Positions 48,741-64,000 of a stretch of DNA of 64,000 nt are shown in pieces; position 1 is the stretch's first letter; the number at the start of each line of letters is the position of its first letter. This DNA is from the human T2T-CHM13v2.0 reference genome, Homo sapiens: NCBI RefSeq assembly GCF_009914755.1, contig NC_060933.1, one strand, 5' to 3'. Position numbers and translations under genes: made by a program. The notes below the pieces were generated by a model. It was not told where the DNA came from, ran no database searches, and saw only the letters and a list, made by a program, of their open reading frames with translations.

Positions 48741-50455
48741 TTACAAAGAGCTTATGGTTACCATTTCAAAATTTAACTAATATTGAATAGTTAAAATTTT
48801 TAAACTAGCCAGTTAAAGCCTCCATAATTAACCAGACTCTCCAGATTTTCACCTTTTTTGACCATTTCAATTATTTATATTTTACTAGAAATTCATCAGG
48901 GAATTGTACACAGTTTTTTTTTATTTTATCTTTTCTTCTTATCCTTAATAATATTTATTTTAGTCTTCTCTCATTTTTATGAATTCATACTTACTAAGGG
49001 CTTGACCACTCTACCGATCTTTTCAAAAAACAGCTTAGGTTTATTAATTGGATCTAACATTTTTATTTTCTATTTCATTAATTTTGCATTTAAACATTAA
49101 TTTCTTCTTACAATCTACTGAGGTTTATCTTATTGTTCATTCCTTGTTTCTTTAATTAAATGTTTGTTTTTATTGTTTTTATTTCCTAATAATAATATAT
49201 GTCTTCTGAGTTCTACTTTATTCTTAATTACACGGTAGTGAGAATCAGCTGAATGTCAGAATCCCTACCAGCAACACTGGATACCGGAAGTAATGTCTTC
49301 AAAGTCTTCATAGAAAATTATTTTGAAACCAGAATATACAAAACAAAAATGAATAGGAAGGGAGGAGATATTAAACATCCCCCATGATTATGGGAGACAT
49401 TTTCTTTTTTCAGAAATCATTAAATGAAGTCAAACAAAATTAAGTAAATATGTAAAAATTTGAAATATATTTAGTATGTTTGATTTAATAAAAATAAAGA
49501 TTTGTATTCAACAGAAATATGTTCCTCTCAAATACATGAGAAATATTTACAAAATTATTATGTATTAGGTAATAAAGAAAATCTAAACAAATTCCAATCA
49601 TGAATTCCAGAAATCATACAAGCCACATTCTCTGTCTACACTGTAATTACTTTAGAAATTAAAACAAAAGAATAACACAAAAGTAATTCAAGACAAATAC
49701 TATATGATTGCACTCCCATAAAATATCTAAAATACATAGTCGAATTCATAGAAACAGAAAATAAAATGGTGGTTTCCAGGGAAGAGGGAATTGGCTATTT
49801 TTACCTCGCATAATTCTCTGGAGAGTAATACAGGTTGTTGTGTATATCAATAATGTGTTCCTTTTTATTACCAAGTAGTAGCCCATGGTATATATGTACC
49901 ACAATTTCATTAATCATTCCCCCATTAATGGACATCTGAGCTACTTCCAATTTAGGAACATTATGAATAAAGCTGCTATAAGCATTTGTATATAGGTTTT
50001 TGTATGAACATAAGTTTTTGTTTCTCTGGGATAAATGCTCATGAGTATAATCATTGAGTTGCATGGTAGTTGCATGTCTAGTTTTTTAAGAAACTGCCAA
50101 ACTTCTTTCCAGAATAGTAAACAGTTTTTAAAAATTTCCTTATGTTCAGTTTTTCAAAATTGCACTAATTGGTCCAATCAACATTTATAAGTGCTATAGG
50201 CAACCCCAAAGGAGACACAAAGAAGAATAAAACAATCTTTACCCATCTGCACTGTGAGCATGTGTGTAGAGTATTACTTGTGTTATATTAAAATTTTAAA
50301 TTAAATGATGGCTCCAGCCCTTCCATAATGCATAACCTTCAGGGAAGATAGCAGTGTTCATCAGATTGCAACATGAGGCTCAGTGACTTATGGGGCTTTG
50401 CTGTTAATTTTCTTTTGGGAGAGACTATTCTAAGTGAGGCATTTTAATATCATCA

Positions 50456-50759
<304 letters not shown>

Positions 50760-51206
50760 TTATAAGTAGAATACCTCTTAATTGCTCTGTGATTCCTGAA
50801 CCAGGAAATAATTACAGAGTTTCAGATTGAGATAGTATGCATTTTGTTAAATAATGTAAATGACTGTTTTCATTGGATTGTGGCATCTCTAAAGAAATTA
50901 TTGGTATTAGAACCTTTCCACAGTTGCTAAATCTGGCAAACCTACAGTCCTTTAATGTGTCCAGAAATAGGTTGTTAGAGAATTGAACTCGAGAAAAGGA
51001 GACTATGGAAAAGAAAACTCTCCTCTGGGTGAGATCAATGTGCCTTAAGATTATCCTGCCAGGATAAGAAAAGATCAGAATGAGTTTCCTTTAATAAAGA
51101 GGGCACTGCCAGTGCATCTAGGGACAGTGAGAGCTGCTGTCTGCTTTTGTGTTCTCTGCATTGTGATTTCCTTGTGTTACTTTTAAGTCTTGGTAGAGTC
51201 TGTTAA

Positions 51207-51547
51207 CAGGGGTCCCCAACACCTGGGCTATGGACCGGTACCAATCTGTGGTCTGTTAGGAACAGCAGGAGGCCACATAGCAGGAGGTGAGTGGCAGGCA
51301 AGTGAGCATTACTTCCTGATCTCTGCCTCCTGTCAGATCAGCGGCCACATTAGATCTCAAAGGAGCTCGAACCCTATGGTAAACTATGCACTCAAGGGAT
51401 CTAGGTTGCCTGCTCCTTATGAGAATCTAATGCCTGATGATCTAACGTGGGACAGTTTCATCCCAAAACCATCTTCCTCCCACCATCCGTGGAAAAAATT
51501 TCTTTCACAAAACCAGTCCCTGGTGCCAAAAAGGTTGGAGACCACTG
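51207..51547. mobile_element. MER1B (hAT-Charlie)
   Basis: TIRs CAGGGGTCCCCAAC / GTTGGAGACCACTG; flanking TGTTAA repeat. Confidence 0.85.
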
Positions 51548-52735
51548 TGTTAACACATGGCCTTGATCAGGGTGTGTCTTGAGGAATAAAGGGAGGTGGC
51601 CTCGATCTCACTTTGTGGTGAAGCCAACTAAAAAGAACTGCAACAGCAGTAAAAAGACACACTCATGGGGAGACCAGTGGGGATATTCAGTCACAGAACC
51701 TGGGGGCTTGACCCAGGAAAGTGGACATTTCAAAGGAGGAGCAACTCTACAGATAGATGAAGAACTTGTAAACATTTGGGTTATATATGTTCTATCACTA
51801 AAATTCATGCAAAGTTATCATTCCATGCCATAAATACAAGACAGTACTTCCCTTGTCTCTCTTTAAAAAATGAATAAAATTGACACTCCTCCATGTTAAT
51901 TCTGAACCATCACATACCATGACAATTTGCTTTGAAAACACAGGATGTCGACAAGGGAGAGAATTTGAAGGACATTGAGCAGAGAAGGGACCAAATTATA
52001 ACAAAATTTTTTGTAACTTAAAAAGATCGCTCTGGTCACCAGATGGAAGATAGAATGGGGTTGAAAGGATAGAGTGCATTTGTCCATTTACCCTGCTCTC
52101 CACTTGTGTCCACCCTGCTCTGTGTTTCATAAGGTTGAGACATGTTTCAGAAGGCTCCCTTTCCCTCCAGGCAATGTAAGGTACTGGTAAGAGATCCTGA
52201 GGGAGGGAGGTGGGAACAATCAGAGTATTTATTCCATCAACTTCCTTTTTGCTGGTCACAGTGAGTTACCTGTATCCATCTGATGAAGGCCACAGCTCCT
52301 ATCAGGCAACCTTCTCCATGTGGCCACCTTGTTCACGTTCTGAGATCTACACACTGTGATTTTTCCCTTCAGGTCTAGGGGTGTAATGACTCTCTGTTGT
52401 TGCCAGCCCAAGAGTACTACATTATCCCTTGAAAATTTCCTTATACCCTACTCCCACTTTTGAAAATAATCCCTTCATCAATCTTCTCATTTGGAATGTT
52501 CCATCTCTTTCTAGCTAGGACTGAATGACATATGGCAAAAGACAGTAGAGGCAATTAGACTTATTAGGAGTTTTAGGTAATACACCAAAACAAAGACATT
52601 GAGTCCTGAGCTAGGGCAGTGGCAGTGGAGACATACAGGGGAGACAGACGTGAGAAATTTTAAGGAGGAAGCTCTGATCAGATTTAGTTATTAATTAAGT
52701 GGGGGGAAGAGAAGCTAGCAATGAGAAGTTAAGGG

Positions 52736-53053
<318 letters not shown>

Positions 53054-53111
53054 TTAAGGGCTGTTTCCAACTTCCTGGTTTTGATGATCGGGCAGATGAT
53101 AGTGCCAGTCA

Positions 53112-54163
53112 GGCCAAAAGAAAGGGGCTACAGACCCCATGCAAGCCTAAAACCAAGCAGGGCAGTCATTAAATCTTAAAGTTCCAAAATAATCTCTTTT
53201 GACTCCATGTCCTACATCCAGGGCACACTAATGAAAGGAGTGGGCCCCTAAGTCTTTGGGCAACTCCACCCCTGTGGCTTTACGGGGTTCAGTCCCTGCA
53301 GCTGGCCTCAAGGACTGGTATTGAGTGCTTACAGCTTTTCAGGCACATGGTGAAAGCTGCAGGTGGATCTACCATTCTGGGGTCTGGAGGCTGGTGGCCC
53401 TCTTCTCACAGTTCCACTAGCAGTGTTCCAGTGGGGACTCTGTCTGGGGGCTCCAACCCCATATTTCACCTCTGCACTGCCCTAGTAGAGGTTCTCCATG
53501 AGGGCTCCGCCTCTGTAACAGGCTTCTGTCTAGACATCCAGGCTCTTTCATACATTCTCTGAAATCTAGGTGCAGGGTCCCAAGCCTCAACTCTTGCACT
53601 CTGTGCACCTGCAGGCTTAACACCATATGGAAGCCACCAAGGCTTATGGCTTGCACCTTCTGAAGCAGTGGCTTCAGCTGTATGTACCTAGGACCCTTTG
53701 AGCCATGACTGGAGCTGGAGTGGCTGGGATACAGGGAGCAGAGCATTTTCTGTATTAGTCCGTTCTTTCACTGCTATAAAGAAATATCCGAGACAGGATA
53801 ATTTATAAAGAAAAAAGGTTTAAATTGGCTCATGATTCCACAGCTGTACAGGAAGCATGGCAGCATATGCTTCTTGGGAGGCCTCAGGGAGCTTGTACTC
53901 ATGGCAGAAGGTAAAGTGGAAGCAGGCCTCTTACATGGCAGGAGCAGGTCCGACAGACAGCAAGGTGGGAGGCACTGCACACTTTTAAAAAACCCAATCT
54001 TGTGAGAACTCACTATCACAAGAACAGCACCAAGAAGATGGTGCTAAACCATTCATGAGAAACCACCCCATGATCCAACCACCTCCCACCAGGCCCAGCT
54101 CCAACATTTGAGATTACAATTCAACATGAGATTTGGGTGGGGACATAGAACCAAACACGTCAA
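53112..54163 (-). mobile_element. MST MaLR: partial internal region plus one LTR (53751-54163)
   Basis: MaLR-int GGTGGATCTACCATTCTGGGGTCTGGAGG; LTR TGTATTAGTCCGTTCT...CA. Confidence 0.85.
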
Positions 54164-55009
54164 CACCTGTTCTCAAGATGCATCAGAGTCCCCATCAACT
54201 AACCCTATAGAACTCAATATGTTGGAGTAGGGAATAAGAATGGGCAGGAAGTAGGTACTGAATAGCATGGGGACGTTCACACCATCATCATTATCATCAT
54301 TAATGCTTATTAAGTGGAAACTATGTGCCAGGCAGGACTCGGTACATAATTTCCAGGACCCAATGCAAAATGAAAATGTGAAGCCCATTCCCTGGTTCAA
54401 AAAGTATTAAGAGTTTTAAGACAGAGACAGCAGAGCATTAAACTAAGCTCTGGGCCCTTCTGAGCACAGGAAGCACACCCATAAAGCTAGTGCTGATACC
54501 AGGCAATCTAATTGCTAAACTACAACTGCAGCCTTATTTAATAAGATAATAAGATCAGGATTACTATTGCACCTATTTTATAAATGGGGAAACTGAGGCA
54601 CAGAGCTATCTAGTGAATTGTCTAATGTCATACAACTAGTAAGTGGCAGCTAGGGATTTGAACACAGGCATTAACTTCAAAGCCCATTCTCTTAACCTAA
54701 CATTGCCTTTCTCCACTCTGTCCCAGTTTTCTGCCCCTGTAACAAACCCAAAATTCCATGCTTCCCACACCTTCACCAAACATCGTAACAACCTCAAGAC
54801 CATTCCTATCTGCCTAGAGATCAGGGAACTCCCCCAAAGTTACACAGCTAGTGATTGTAAGGCTGGGATACAAAGTGAGATAATGTGTCTCCAAAGCTCA
54901 CCTCTTACCCTCTATACCAGAGTTCAGATCCTGACTTACCACTTACCTCACCATGAATACATTCTTATTTTTAGTCCCTTTTTATAAAAGTAAAAATAGA
55001 GGCTAGAGG

Positions 55010-56470
55010 CTCTCCAAGAAATAGATCCATATAGATACTGTCAATTGATCAGGGGCAAAGGAGAAAACACATTTGACAGCAGAGAAAATATAGTATTTTC
55101 AACAAATGGTGCCAGAACAACTGGACATCCACATGCAAAAAGAAATGAATCTAGACACAGGCTTTACACATTTCACAATAATTCGTTCAAAATAGATAAT
55201 AGATCTAAATGTAAACTGTAAAATAATAAGACTCCTAGAAGATAACATAAAGAAAACCTAGATGATCTTGGGTATAGCAATAACTTTTTAGAAACAACAC
55301 CAAAGACAACATCCATGTAAGAAATAATTGATAAGGTATGATTAATTAAAATTTAAAATTTCTACTCTGAGAAAGACACTTTCAAAAGAATGAGAAGACA
55401 ATCCCCAGACTAGGTGAAAATATTTGCAAAAGACATATCTGGTAAGGGACTATTATCGAAAATATACAAAGATCTCTTAAAACTCAACAATCAGAAAATG
55501 AGTAACCCAATTGAAAAATGGCCAGAAGACTTAAACAGGCACCACACCAAAGAAGATATACGGATGGCAAGTAAATATATGAAAAATGCTCCATACATAT
55601 GTTGTTAGAAAAATGCAAATTAAAACAACGATGAAACACCACTACACAGCTATTAAAATGGCCCAAATCAAGAACACTGACAACACCAAATGCTGACAAT
55701 GATGTAGAGCAACAAGACTATCTCATTCATTGCTAGTGAGAACACAAAGTTCTATAGTCACTTTGGAAGACAGTTGACAATTTCTCATGAAACTAGACAT
55801 ACTCTTACCATATGACCCAGAATCATCCTCTTTGGTATTTATGCAAATAAATTGAAAACTTATGTCCACACAAAAACCTGCAAAGACATTTGCAGCAGCT
55901 TTATTCATAGCTGCCAAAACTCGGAAGCAACCACGTTGTCCTTCAGTACGTAAGGGAATAAACTGTGGTACATGAAGACAACAGAATGTTATTCAGTGCT
56001 AAAAAGAAATGAGCTATCAAACCATGAAAAGATATGGAGGTACCTTAAATGCATATTAGTAAGTGAAAGAAGTCAATCTGAGAAATCAATCATACTGTAT
56101 AATTCCAACCATATGACATTCTGGAAAAGGCAAAACTAAGAATATCAGTGGTTGTCAGAGGTTTGGGGGAAAGGATGAACAGGTGAAGCACAGAGGATTT
56201 TTAGGATGATAGAGTTATTTTGTATAATGCTATAATAGCAGATACATGACATATGTTTTTCAAAACCCATAGAATGGTCAGCACCAAAAGTAAATCCTGA
56301 TGTAAACTACGATGATAATGATGTGTTAAAATAAGTTCATCAATTGTAACAAATGCGTCACTCTGATGGCGGGCATTGATAGTAGGGGAAACTGCGTGTG
56401 TGGGAGCAAGAGGTATGGGAACCCCTTGTACTTTCTGATCAATTTTTCTGTGACCTAAAATTTCTCAATA
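55010..56470 (+). mobile_element. L1MC1-like 3' part
   Basis: ORF2 C-terminal relic [18 protein letters not shown] and an L1MC-type 3'UTR. Confidence 0.8.
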
Positions 56471-56674
56471 ATAATAATAATAATGTACCTTTGAAAGGAA
56501 TAAAAACAGAAAAAAGAAATATCTATCTAAAAGTTGTAATTGCTGTGCTATTTATACATAACGAGGACAATGTGGGCTAGTGAGGCTAAATACCTTACCC
56601 AAATTCACTCATTTAGTAACTGAGGCAAATGGAATTCAAATATAAGCAGACTGGCTTAAGAAATTGAAGTAATA

Positions 56675-63294
<6,620 letters not shown>

Positions 63295-63881
63295 AAGAAA
63301 TTGAAGTAATAAAATGTTTAAGAAAGGCAAATGAAACCAAAATAATCGAGGCTCAGTAAGGTTAATTATTTGCAAAACTGCATAGATCATAAGATGCCAA
63401 GCCAGCATCAGAATATAGTCAGTCTGGCTCCTGGGCCTGTACCTTAACCCCTTCCCCACAACACTGCATGTGTATCCAGATGCAGTCATACATGCAAACA
63501 CAGAACCTTAGGGATGTCAAAGGTCATCACTTCTCCTTCCAGGTAGGCACACACAAGTGTAAACCCAGAAGTGCACAAGAATACATGCATGTAGCTAGAG
63601 TAGGCACACACATGTACATAGAGTATACATGTGCATGAAAAAAACACCTTATATAGGGTGCACACATGTGTATGGAAACACACATGTGCATAGGGTATAC
63701 ATATGTGCTTGAACAAACCTCCACCCCTGCTGCTGCATGGCTCTAATTCCCTTCCCAGGTGTAAGAGGCTACACCTCTGGAACCTAGGTTCCCCATAGTA
63801 ATGTTCTTCACCCCTGGGAAGACCACAGCGCCAATCCCCTCAGGGCACTGGTATGCATAGAGGACAGGCCCCTGGATCTCC

Positions 63882-64000
63882 CTTTCTTTTTTTTTATTTT
63901 ATTATTATTATACTTTAAGTTTTAGGGTACATGTGCACAACGGCAGGTTTGTTACATATGTATACATGTGCCATGTTGGTGTGCTGCACCCATTAACTCA
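63882..64000 (-). mobile_element. L1PA 3' end running off the window
   Basis: Poly(T) followed by TATACTTTAAGTTTTAGGGTACATGTGCACA. Confidence 0.9.

Noticed and set aside
63480-63870. Alternating purine-pyrimidine tract and one O/E-like site (ACCCCTGGGA near 63810)
   Set aside because: A degenerate low-complexity repeat and a single motif; too weak to call, although an OR promoter for a gene beyond the window is possible.

Overview
Primate (almost certainly human) genomic DNA from an olfactory receptor cluster. I recognise it as the OR1L1-OR1L3 interval of the chr9q33 OR1 cluster. It contains two intact single-exon OR coding sequences on the + strand (OR1L1, OR1L3) and a full-length ~4.3-kb processed pseudogene of the kinase TLK1 inserted into an old full-length L1. 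Most of the rest is interspersed repeat: three large L1s, one SVA, about 15 Alus, MaLR/ERV1 LTRs, MIR/L2 and DNA-transposon relics. I see no new coding system. The best leads are: (1) a repeat-poor island at ~40.9-41.75 kb with a Lhx2/Ebf composite motif and clustered Ebf and homeodomain sites, a candidate Greek-island-type OR enhancer; (2) a 69-nt in-frame cassette preserved in the TLK1 retrocopy; (3) an L1 integrated from spliced RNA, carrying an SVA with a short 3' transduction; (4) a conserved OR splice acceptor that in OR1L3 is directly followed by a consensus donor; (5) several mechanistic scars, including a 60-bp TSD, twin-primed L1s and fold-back inversions. Repeat subfamily names and parent-gene comparisons come from my recall of consensus sequences, not from a database search. 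Repeat boundaries are approximate unless a TSD is quoted.
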